NCBI GenBank assembly: GCA_964518475.1
Contig: CAZFGR010000005.1
Span: forward strand, 39,415-103,414
Source of the DNA: an uncultured Nitrososphaerota archaeon
GTDB taxonomy: Archaea > Asgardarchaeota > Njordarchaeia > Njordarchaeales > Njordarchaeaceae
Length of the DNA stretch: 64,000 bases
Direction: 5' to 3'
In this document: positions 39,604 through 48,630 of the stretch, one piece after another
How positions within the stretch are numbered: position 1 is the first letter of the stretch
Layout: each line of letters opens with the position of its first letter
The notes under the pieces: generated by a model
The model's database searches: none
The model's input: only the letters and a program-made list of their open reading frames with translations
What the model was told of the DNA's origin: nothing
Position numbers and translations under genes: made by a program

Positions 39604-40348
39604 TGAGACCCATCTCCATCAACGCTCTTACTGTAGGAACCCCTATAGCAGTACCAATTACTGCTTGACCTATATTTACTGGCAATTCCATAGCAGCAAT
39701 AATAAATCCATACCCAAGAACTATTGCCTCATATAAGTAATACCCTAACACCATTTCTACACCAGCTATTAGACAGGATAGAGTCATTACAGAGAATATA
39801 TCGCCACGTGAGCCTGTAATGATTAATGCTGTTGCGAGACCACCTATTATTAAGAGGACGACCCACAATGGAAGAGTAAGTGAGTATTCTTGTCCACGGA
39901 TTTCAAGAACCATTGAAAGACCTTTTGCACCATGATAACTCAAAACAATAGCAATTATCGCTGCTGCTACTAAACCGAATAATAGACGTATCTCTCGGCC
40001 AGCTCCTCTTAAACGCTGGAATAGGTATCCAGCAAGGAATCCCTCTACGCCCTTTATAACTAATGTACCGGGCGCGTAATGAGCATAGCCTAGGAATATA
40101 TCCGCGAGAGCTGATCCGAGACCGCCAGCTATTGCACCCACTATTGGACCGCCTATGAGAGCAGATATGTAAACACCTATCTCTCCAAAATTAAAGAATC
40201 CTTGTGTGGCTGGTGTTGATATGGCAAAGAACGTAGTGAATAAGAAGATAATAACTGTGAAGATGACTGAGAGGGCGATATCTAAATAACTAAATTCTAT
40301 CCCATAATAAGTTGCCTCTGGTTTAGTTCCCATACGAGACCACCACAC
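39575..40348 (-). CDS. ECF transporter S component
   Basis: GFFNFGEIGVY, GGLGSALADI, APGTLVIKG and NIGQA motifs; has an internal two-TM insertion. Confidence 0.88.
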   Translation of the reverse strand: MWWSRMGTKPEATYYGIEFSYLDIALSVIFTVIIFLFTTFFAISTPATQGFFNFGEIGVYISALIGGPIVGAIAGGLGSALADIFLGYAHYAPGTLVIKGVEGFLAGYLFQRLRGAGREIRLLFGLVAAAIIAIVLSYHGAKGLSMVLEIRGQEYSLTLPLWVVLLIIGGLATALIITGSRGDIFSVMTLSCLIAGVEMVLGYYLYEAIVLGYGFIIAAMELPVNIGQAVIGTAIGVPTVRALMEMGLSVGSEESQR

Positions 40349-40435
40349 ATGAATAGAAATGAGTTGTCCTAAATGCTTTTAATATATAGGAAGAAACCTA
40401 TATATTGGTAGAGACCAGTAGTGCGAGGATTTTGA

Positions 40436-41881
40436 ATGAGTTTTTCCTATAAGTGCGTCAACTGTGGAAAGGTCTTTAATGGAGACTTAATTATCAGTAG
40501 ATGCTTGTACTGTGGAGGGCTACTATTTGTAGAGTATGAAGTTGATGAGTTGAGAGTTTCTGATATCCAAACCATGTGGCGTTATAAGAAGATTTTACCA
40601 ATTCATGAGAATGAAAAAATAATTTCTCTATCAGAGGGTTTTACACCACTAATAAGGGCGGAAAATCTCGAGAAAATAGTGGGCTTTTCTCGAATTTACC
40701 TAAAAGATGAGACAAGAAATCCAACGGGATCCTTTAATGATCGAGGAATAAGCTTAGAAATTTCCAAGATTGTGAATCATGGAATTAACAATGTAGTATG
40801 CGCTACGCGTGGAGATACGGGAGTATCCTTGGCTGCTTATGCGTCAAAAGCGGGGATTAATGCCACAATATACGTTCCTCGAACAATAGATACTGGCAAA
40901 CTGTATCAAATCGCTATGTATGGAGCAAAACTAAAACTAGTAAGAAGCTTTAATAATGCATGTTCTCTTGCGGAATCTCACAAGCTCGAGGCACACGTCT
41001 TTAGACCCTCTAATCCCTTATTTTTGGAAGGCCTGAAAACTGTAGGAATAGAAATAATTGAGCAATTAGGTTGGGAGACGCCAGATGCCATTATCGTGCC
41101 TATGGGGAATGGAGGCTTAGCAACAATGCTTTTCAAAGCAATGAACGAATTACAAGCGCTAGGACTTATCGATGAAAAACCAATGATCATTGGTGTTCAG
41201 ATAAAAGGGCAAGATACTATACTTAGTGCATTAACGAGAGGGTTAGAAAGAATAGAGACTCTTGAAGACTTCGGAAAGATTATAGCAAGAGATCTACTAA
41301 TTGAGGATCTAGATCTAGCAAACAATACACTCCAGATGCTAAAGAAGGGAGAAATCAAAGGGGCCAGCATAAGTTATAAGGAGGTAATACAAGCAGTAGA
41401 AAATCTTGCGAAAAGCGAAGGAATATTATCAGAACCCGCAAGTGCTGTCGCTATAGCGGCTATTAAGAGAATATATGATGAGGGACTAATTGATAAAGGA
41501 GATACAATAGTGTCCATAGTGACGGGCTCTGGACTCAGAGTTCCTAATATGTTTCATGAAATACTTAAGAAGAAAGGCGAACTTAGAGAGATTATCGATC
41601 TAGTTGTTAGCGGGCAGAGAATCTCTAGAATTGGAGTTACGAAATTGAAAATCTTAGAGATTCTGAAAAATGGTTCATTATACGGCTACGAACTGAAAAA
41701 GAAACTGGAGCACGTTGGGATAAAGATTTCCTTAGCAACTCTTTATCAACATTTAAGAGAGCTTGAAAAACTGGGTCTTATATCTAGAATAGAAGGATGG
41801 ATTGGTAAAAAAAAGAGAGTGTACTACGTATTAACGAATAAGGGCTTTCAGATACTTGAGGGGTTATCCCATACACATTAA
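40436..41881 (+). CDS. Threonine-synthase-like fold-type II domain fused to a C-terminal PadR-like wHTH; PLP lysine absent
   Basis: CxxC...CxxC, SLSEGFTPL, NPTGSFNDRG (K replaced by N), VPMGNGG; C-terminal YGYELKK...LYQHLRELEKLGLI...YYVLT. Confidence 0.88.
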   Translation: MSFSYKCVNCGKVFNGDLIISRCLYCGGLLFVEYEVDELRVSDIQTMWRYKKILPIHENEKIISLSEGFTPLIRAENLEKIVGFSRIYLKDETRNPTGSFNDRGISLEISKIVNHGINNVVCATRGDTGVSLAAYASKAGINATIYVPRTIDTGKLYQIAMYGAKLKLVRSFNNACSLAESHKLEAHVFRPSNPLFLEGLKTVGIEIIEQLGWETPDAIIVPMGNGGLATMLFKAMNELQALGLIDEKPMIIGVQIKGQDTILSALTRGLERIETLEDFGKIIARDLLIEDLDLANNTLQMLKKGEIKGASISYKEVIQAVENLAKSEGILSEPASAVAIAAIKRIYDEGLIDKGDTIVSIVTGSGLRVPNMFHEILKKKGELREIIDLVVSGQRISRIGVTKLKILEILKNGSLYGYELKKKLEHVGIKISLATLYQHLRELEKLGLISRIEGWIGKKKRVYYVLTNKGFQILEGLSHTH

Positions 41882-41987
41882 ACATTTCCTTAAAGCACAG
41901 ACTTAGAACATTGGTTTAAAAATTAGTTTAAATTTAAAATAAAAATAAGAACTTTCGATAAAAAGAAAAATGGGAATACTTCCTTTA

Positions 41988-42970
41988 TCAATACAGATCT
42001 TTTAGCAATACGTTATGACCCTGGATCTGGAAAATCAGGGCTCTTATATCAAGCCCTTCTGGAGCTTGGAATTCAAGAATAATCTCGTGACTTCCAGAGG
42101 GCGTATGCAGGCCGCCGACGCAGGGGACGCGTAGGTCATCATCAGATAGGAGCCAGGGGAGAACGTCACCATAGACGCTGTGGAGGGCGGTGATTAGGGC
42201 AGCTCGATTAGGGATCCGTTGGGGAGGGTTGCGTAAAGCTTGACATAGTCAATATAGGAGACTGTCTCAAAGTGTTCGACGAGCTTAAAGATGTACCTAC
42301 CCCTGACCAAGGCTGGCATTGTAGCTATGGTATGATTATAAGTCGTATCAGTACTCTCGTCGGTATGGATATCTAACAAGCCCTCGTTCACGAAATTCTC
42401 GCCATCGTACACGTAAAGGTAGAGACAGCCGCCGGAGTTCCCGGAGTCTTGGGTATCGAATACAAAGTATATCCCCGCTGGGACATCGAACTCCTTAATC
42501 TCAGTAGAGGTCCAAGTAGAGTAGCGATAATTACTGAGAGCAATAAAGACGTCCTCAGAAACATCATAGCCAAGACCCAAATTTTCATCATAACCATGAT
42601 TAGTTACTTGCCCGTTAGCATACCAGGCAGTTTCTTCTACATAGTTCACCGAAATAGCGAGACCGGCAATTACGGGGGCTACCAGTGCTAGGGACGTGGA
42701 GGCAATAAGAGTAGCTATTATAGCCCCGACAGAAATACCCACCCCGAAATCGACTCTATAGACATCGAAAGTCTCCATGATCACTTCAAATGGTACACTC
42801 TCTCCTGGATCCAAGTCACCATCTTTCAGTTCCGCTGAGTTAGGGACGTACAGATGAGTCAAGTGTGTGCCTTCGAAGAACCAATCCATCATCGGAGGCA
42901 GGCCTGACTTGTCTCCCCCAACAATACTGACAGTACCAGATTCTACTTGAACATCTTTTATGGAGTTAAC
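41988..42970 (-). pseudogene. 5'-truncated, frameshifted fragment of a surface-protein gene
   Basis: No start codon or signal peptide upstream. After ...LIELP, a one-base shift at ~42196 restores LITALHSVYGDVLPWLL...LIFQIQGHN...LY* (stop at 41988). Visibly more GC-rich than the flanks. Confidence 0.65.
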
Positions 42971-43039
42971 GTATTTTTTAACATGTTTTTGTTAGTTATT
43001 AACCTATTACTTAAGGACTAAGGACTGTCTTACTTTTTA

Positions 43040-43645
43040 TTGATCATTGGTCTTGATGATATAATGATAATGGTGGGTGCCGTGGATAGGGAAGAATATT
43101 TGCCTCCTAAAAAAGCTGCTGAACTGCTGGGTGTTCATCCATTAACACTTTATAGATGGGCTAAAAGAGGAAAGATAAAATACATAAAGACTCCAGGTGG
43201 GCGTTTTCGTTATCCTTTATCAGAAATCATGAGAATTTTAGGTGAGAGAGAAAAAGCAGATAAAAAGTATAGGGCAGTGATCTATGTGAGAGCAACTCCT
43301 AGTGAAGAAAAAGACATTTCGAGAAAAATCGAAAGGCTCAAGAGATATGCAAAGGAGAAAGGCTTCATAATCCATGATAAAGTGATAGATATTACGAGTG
43401 GCCTCTGTTCAGAAAGACCTGGATTAAAAAAAGTATTGGAATTAGCGAAGAATGGTGAGATCTCAACTATAATTGTTGAAGAGAAAAGCGATATTTCTCC
43501 CATTTGTTATTGGGTATTTGAGGAGTTGTTTCAAGTACTAGGTGTGAAAGTAAAGGAAGTGTCTAAGGGTAAAAAAGAAAAAGAGAAACTTTACCACGAA
43601 CTGCTTGACTTCATAATTGAGGTTCTACAAAAGGGGGTTATGTGA
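43040..43645 (+). mobile_element. IS607-family TnpA-like serine recombinase (N-terminal HTH), degenerate, no tnpB
   Basis: PKKAAELLGVHPLTLYRW...TPGGRFRY; resolvase-like AVIYVRAT...DITSGL...RPGL. Confidence 0.8.
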
Positions 43646-45017
43646 GCCCGCGTTTAATTAGTTCTCGTCTTAATTTTCTGAAATACTTAAGAGCATAGAT
43701 TAGTGATAAGAAGACAGACCACATCATTGTTACGCATAGAACGCCCCATTTCAGAATCTCAAGGTATTCTATACGCAAAGCATGTTTCAAAGCCGATAGT
43801 GCTTCTGCCTCTAAATCGATGTTATCTCCTCTAATAGATTTTACATATGTTTCATTGAAGGCCCTGTAAAGTACGATGCCTTTTGATTGTTTCGGTGGGG
43901 GAACTCCGAGTATAAACGCAACTGTAGGAGCTATATCAATTATTCTTCCACCACCCAATTCTACTCCATGCCTGAACGGTGCACCCCACATCCATAATGG
44001 TATGTCAGCAACAAGTGGTGGCCATACGCCAAAATGCCTCTGACCTATCATGCCATGATCAGCGGTTACTATTATGACTGTATCGTTTTCCCATCCCATA
44101 TCGTGAATTTTTTGGTAGAGTTCACCAACTAACTCCGCCATTCTTCTAATTGTTGAGTGGTACAGAGTAGAATCAGAACCCGCTTGATGACCAGCTTCAT
44201 CCGGATCTACTAAGTGTATCCAAGCCAACAATCCATTTTTCTCTATATCATCTTTATGAGTTTCTATGAAGTTTATAGCATCATTCATCATTTCTGCGCC
44301 TAACCCCCCTGTGCGTCGATAAGTATTCGATGCTCCTAAAATACTTGCTAAATTGGTTGGAGCGGCGAAAATAGCCGTTAATATTCCGTATCTCTCCGCT
44401 ACCTCGAAAATATCTTCTTCTCTCGGCGGTCTATATTTTCTGAGAATAAATTGTACACTAGAATATTCTCCCCCAGCGTTCGCTTCTGTACCATGGATCT
44501 GGGGCCATGTACCAGTAAATAATGAGACGTGGTTAGGATACGTAATCGTGGGATAAGTACAAACAATCCTGTAAGCCCATGCGCTCTCGTTACGATGATT
44601 AATGATGAATGTAGCATATTCCCAGAACGCATCTGCTCTTGTGCCATCAAAAGTTATAATAAAGACTTTCGAAGCAAGAGGAGGCTTCCGAGTCTGGAGA
44701 ATCTGTGTTCCCCCGTGAGTAGAAAAGGGCACTGTGGAAGATACTAAGAGAAGCACGATTAATAATACTCCAAGGCGTTTTAGTCTTCTTCTAGAACCCG
44801 CTATAACCAATAGTCCTATGGGCACAACCGTAACGAAGAGAAGCAAAAATGTATCAAATAGATACAACAAAGAGCTCCTTGCCAAATCGGCGAGTGCTAG
44901 ATTATTTTCTAGTCTAAATACATCACCGAATTGTAGAGATAGCGGTAGAACGATTAATAAAGTATAGGAAAGAATTATCAGGATACTGATTCTTCTGCGT
45001 AAAAGTGTACCAAGCAT
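43638..45017 (-). CDS. Membrane-bound alkaline phosphatase/NPP-superfamily enzyme
   Basis: FDGTR, PTITYPNH (Thr nucleophile), PDEAGH, TADHG and DIAPT motifs; N- and C-terminal TMs. Confidence 0.88.
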   Translation of the reverse strand: MLGTLLRRRISILIILSYTLLIVLPLSLQFGDVFRLENNLALADLARSSLLYLFDTFLLLFVTVVPIGLLVIAGSRRRLKRLGVLLIVLLLVSSTVPFSTHGGTQILQTRKPPLASKVFIITFDGTRADAFWEYATFIINHRNESAWAYRIVCTYPTITYPNHVSLFTGTWPQIHGTEANAGGEYSSVQFILRKYRPPREEDIFEVAERYGILTAIFAAPTNLASILGASNTYRRTGGLGAEMMNDAINFIETHKDDIEKNGLLAWIHLVDPDEAGHQAGSDSTLYHSTIRRMAELVGELYQKIHDMGWENDTVIIVTADHGMIGQRHFGVWPPLVADIPLWMWGAPFRHGVELGGGRIIDIAPTVAFILGVPPPKQSKGIVLYRAFNETYVKSIRGDNIDLEAEALSALKHALRIEYLEILKWGVLCVTMMWSVFLSLIYALKYFRKLRRELIKRGLT

Positions 45018-45081
45018 TGCTCTCCACCAAAACCAGAGGTGTTATAGAAAGGAAAGGTAAAAAAGATAAAAATTCAACAAT

Positions 45082-46836
45082 TTACTGAGAAGATGCTTCT
45101 TCTCGCTTTTTCAAGTATAGTGGGAGATAAATTAGTATTCCCGATAACACTAGAGTGATGAGCAAAGATCCAATGATAGGTGTTAGCGGCATCTTAGCTT
45201 CTTCGATCTTAACCACTAATAAAGTAGTTACTGTGCCTCCCAGAATATTGTCTTGAGAATCAACAATGTATATTCTAAGAGTATAAGTGTCTTCTTCGGA
45301 GACTGTTATATTAAAGCTCTCTGATCCACTTGTTTTAGTGAGATCTCTGGATATGGTAGAATATATGCTTCCATTACTATAAATAACATCCACTACTAGC
45401 CTACTTCCACTCACTGGTTCAGAAAGTGTATAATTAACACTTATCATAACTTGTTGATTAGGTTGTGCAATAGCGGGGGTTACGGAGGCGGTTATGAATG
45501 CTGAGGGTAAAAGAATATCAAGTGGTTCTACTGTAGCGTTTGGAAGCGTTACACCAAGGAATCTAGCCATCGTAGCTCCAATATGCATTATGCTAACGTT
45601 TGTTACTTGCGAATCTTTCTTCACAGTTTCGCCAGAGAATATTATTGGGATTGTTTGAGTTGCTGTTCCACCATGGGCACCTACGGATGCGTAACGGGAA
45701 GCATAATAAGGAGGCTTTATATCTAGGAAGATGTCTCCCGCATAATCTATGTCTAAGCCAAGATCTGCAAGAGTACCATCTGTATTATTGGCTGGGTATC
45801 GAGTCCATATACCATTTACCCAGGGATACTGACGTAGTTCATCAACAACGCTTTGCAAGTCCTCTGGGTGTTTCAGGTAAATGAAAAGGGACAAACCAGC
45901 AGTTTCTACAATGGTATGTTCAGTGTGTATCGCGGTCAAGTGATTGATATCGCTGGCTAACAAATTCTTGTTGATATCAACATTTACGAAGCCATGATCT
46001 GTTGCCAATACGAGAAATGTCCGTGACCATAGGTTGAGGTCGATGATTTTTGAGATTATTCTTCCTATTTCCTGATCTAGAATCTCAACCATTCTTATAG
46101 TATCTGGATGGTATACGCCTAGGGCCCCAGCGATCCAATCAATTTCTCCATAATGAGTAATTATGAGTGCTTTTTCACCATCAATTACATAGGGAGCGAA
46201 TTCCTCGATAGTTTCTATGGTCTTATTCGTGATCCACTTAACATTTATGACTCTTTTCTCGAAAGGATATGTGGCATCATGGGGATCGCCGGGACCGATA
46301 ACATCGCTTGGTAGAATTATCAACTTATCAGTAGCTTGTGATTTACCAGCCATTAATTGGAGTTTTTCCTTACTAACTATAAGAGCTACCTTAGCTCCAG
46401 CCTCTTTAGCCATTTCGGGAAGAGTTTTTACTCGAAGCATATCCATGTAGCCGTAACTTTGCGGGCTCTCGTCTGGGAGCATTTCGTGATACTCAGAGGC
46501 GTTGTAGGCATATGTGTGAACAACACCATTTATTTCGGGAGGAGCACCAGTAATCATTGCAGCATGCGCAGCTGTTGTGTCGGAGGGGAGTACTGTTGTG
46601 GCATTGAGTATTGTGATACCATGGTCAATCAGCCACGGAATCCATGTAAGATTAGCCATATTGAGAAGGCTTTCATTAAGAGCGTCGATCATAATGATTA
46701 TTCCTAGATTTCCGAGAGGTTTTATGATAGTGGAATCAGTGCTAATTCTAATGGCTGGGAAACTGTAAGAACTCTCCGCAATTGGAACTATTATTAATGT
46801 GAGAAATAGGACAACAGCGAGTACTCGTCTTGTCAA
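45082..46836 (-). CDS. Secreted, membrane-anchored alkaline phosphatase/NPP-superfamily protein
   Basis: Signal peptide; IDAL, PSDTTAAH, ATDHG and GAHGG motifs; Ig-like domain and C-terminal TM. Confidence 0.85.
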   Translation of the reverse strand: MTRRVLAVVLFLTLIIVPIAESSYSFPAIRISTDSTIIKPLGNLGIIIMIDALNESLLNMANLTWIPWLIDHGITILNATTVLPSDTTAAHAAMITGAPPEINGVVHTYAYNASEYHEMLPDESPQSYGYMDMLRVKTLPEMAKEAGAKVALIVSKEKLQLMAGKSQATDKLIILPSDVIGPGDPHDATYPFEKRVINVKWITNKTIETIEEFAPYVIDGEKALIITHYGEIDWIAGALGVYHPDTIRMVEILDQEIGRIISKIIDLNLWSRTFLVLATDHGFVNVDINKNLLASDINHLTAIHTEHTIVETAGLSLFIYLKHPEDLQSVVDELRQYPWVNGIWTRYPANNTDGTLADLGLDIDYAGDIFLDIKPPYYASRYASVGAHGGTATQTIPIIFSGETVKKDSQVTNVSIMHIGATMARFLGVTLPNATVEPLDILLPSAFITASVTPAIAQPNQQVMISVNYTLSEPVSGSRLVVDVIYSNGSIYSTISRDLTKTSGSESFNITVSEEDTYTLRIYIVDSQDNILGGTVTTLLVVKIEEAKMPLTPIIGSLLITLVLSGILIYLPLYLKKREEASSQ

Positions 46837-46953
46837 ATTTATCTCCTCAGACTAGTTAAAAGGCAAATAAAACTAAGAAAAATTAACAATATAAATCAAA
46901 TCACGGTATGGGATTCTGAGCTATCGAGAAATAAAGGTAGTGCATGAGAGTTT

Positions 46954-47985
46954 TTAGAGGGTTATTGGAAATCCTAGATAATAATTCAGGAAGGGTATAA
47001 TGATTATTAAGATGAGACCTATTGTGAATACGATTGTGTATATAATGTCGAACGTTGTGAAAGGTATTTTTCTGAAGTAGGTTCTTTCCTTATACGCTCT
47101 GAAAGCCTTGGTAGTAGCGGCTAATGCCAACTGTCTGCCAGCTCTTAACGACTCTATTATAACTGGGATAAAAGCCATGATTACGACGTAGAACGATCTG
47201 AAAAGTTCTCTGATTACTTTAATGATGTTTGTAGAAGGCTCTGGGAATATCCTAAGGCCTCTCGCTATTTCGGCTGCTAGAACAAGTGAGCTCTTTTCAA
47301 GGATTGTTGGTATGCTCCTGAATGCTACAGCTATCATAAAGTTTATCTCCACAGGAAACCTAAATACCCGTAATCCGTAGACTATTTCGCTAGGGTGAGT
47401 AGTTGTTATCAACCATACAGCAGCACTCAGAGCAGCGACCAGTCTTAGTCCCTGGGAGACGCCATAATAGAATCCTTCTAACGTTATATAGTTTAGATTG
47501 AATACTATTCTCAAGGGTTTGGGGAAGCGATAAATAGCTGTTAAGCCTATTCCTCTGGTAAATCCTGGATTTAGAAAGCTCTGAGCCCACGCAACTAATA
47601 ACCATTGAGTAAGTAAAAGAATAGTTAGTAAACGCATTTTGTCCTCGCTAGGATTACTTATAGACCACATGCTTATCGACAATAATGTTAGGATAAGGAG
47701 CGACCAAAACTCTTCAACCATTGCTACACCAATGCTAATGAAAAGTACAAACATTATTTTTGACAAAGGATGCATTCTATGCGCTAATGAGCTCCTTCTT
47801 TCATAACTAAATAATCTTCTAAACCCTGATAGACCTATGATCTTGAAGACTAGATAAGCTATAAGAGCTGGGAAGAACGTTAATAGTATAACGAATATCA
47901 TTATAGCACTAATAATCTCGCGCGTAGCCGGGGGAATTATGGGGAATAACTCAGTTAGAAAAGATAGGTCGATTTCATAACTCAT
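46954..47985 (-). CDS. ECF transporter T component with extra N-terminal TM
   Basis: HRMHPLSK, TTHPSEI and AEIARG motifs. Confidence 0.88.
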   Translation of the reverse strand: MSYEIDLSFLTELFPIIPPATREIISAIMIFVILLTFFPALIAYLVFKIIGLSGFRRLFSYERRSSLAHRMHPLSKIMFVLFISIGVAMVEEFWSLLILTLLSISMWSISNPSEDKMRLLTILLLTQWLLVAWAQSFLNPGFTRGIGLTAIYRFPKPLRIVFNLNYITLEGFYYGVSQGLRLVAALSAAVWLITTTHPSEIVYGLRVFRFPVEINFMIAVAFRSIPTILEKSSLVLAAEIARGLRIFPEPSTNIIKVIRELFRSFYVVIMAFIPVIIESLRAGRQLALAATTKAFRAYKERTYFRKIPFTTFDIIYTIVFTIGLILIIIIPFLNYYLGFPITL

Positions 47986-48611
47986 GAAGACTCACCCGCT
48001 AACTTTCTAAACAAAATAGATTCTAAATCGGAACCACACTTCCAGCAGTAATGAGAATTACTATAAATTACCGCGTTACAAGATGGGCAAACCAGAGGCA
48101 TTTCTAGATGAACCTTATACTCCGCTGGCACCTTGATTCCTGCCTTTTCCAGCGCATCAAAAAATGTGATCCGGGATTTTCTCTTATAATTCAAGATGAC
48201 TACTCCCACTACTAGTAGGCTGAATGGAATTGGATAGAAACTTTCTGGAAAGTAGAGTTTAACAGGGATATGTCGATACCATGAGAGATATAAGATGTAA
48301 ACGAGGTAATTCAGTAGCATTCCAAGAACTATATCATCAAATTTTTTGACCCAGTCAGCTACTATTGCCCACGTGATAATCCAAGTGATAATAACTGCTA
48401 CTAGATTAGTTCCTTCTAAAGCCTCTGGAGTGGCAAGAAGCAGCCATTGAATAACAGTATTAACAGCTATCGGTTGATCCCTATAAAGCGTGATTATGAA
48501 ACCAAAACGGGTTAAGTAAAGTTCTCGAGAAAGAAATTGGAGAATCACTAAGATAATAGGAGCAGTAACGCCTCCAAGCCAGGCAGATCTTAGAATATCT
48601 TTAACATTCAC
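47982..48611 (-). CDS. Membrane protein with C-terminal zinc ribbon
   Basis: About 4 TMs followed by CPSC...CWKCG; overlaps ecfT by 4 bp. Confidence 0.78.
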   Translation of the reverse strand: MNVKDILRSAWLGGVTAPIILVILQFLSRELYLTRFGFIITLYRDQPIAVNTVIQWLLLATPEALEGTNLVAVIITWIITWAIVADWVKKFDDIVLGMLLNYLVYILYLSWYRHIPVKLYFPESFYPIPFSLLVVGVVILNYKRKSRITFFDALEKAGIKVPAEYKVHLEMPLVCPSCNAVIYSNSHYCWKCGSDLESILFRKLAGESS

Positions 48612-48630
48612 TAAACATCACCCTCCAAAT

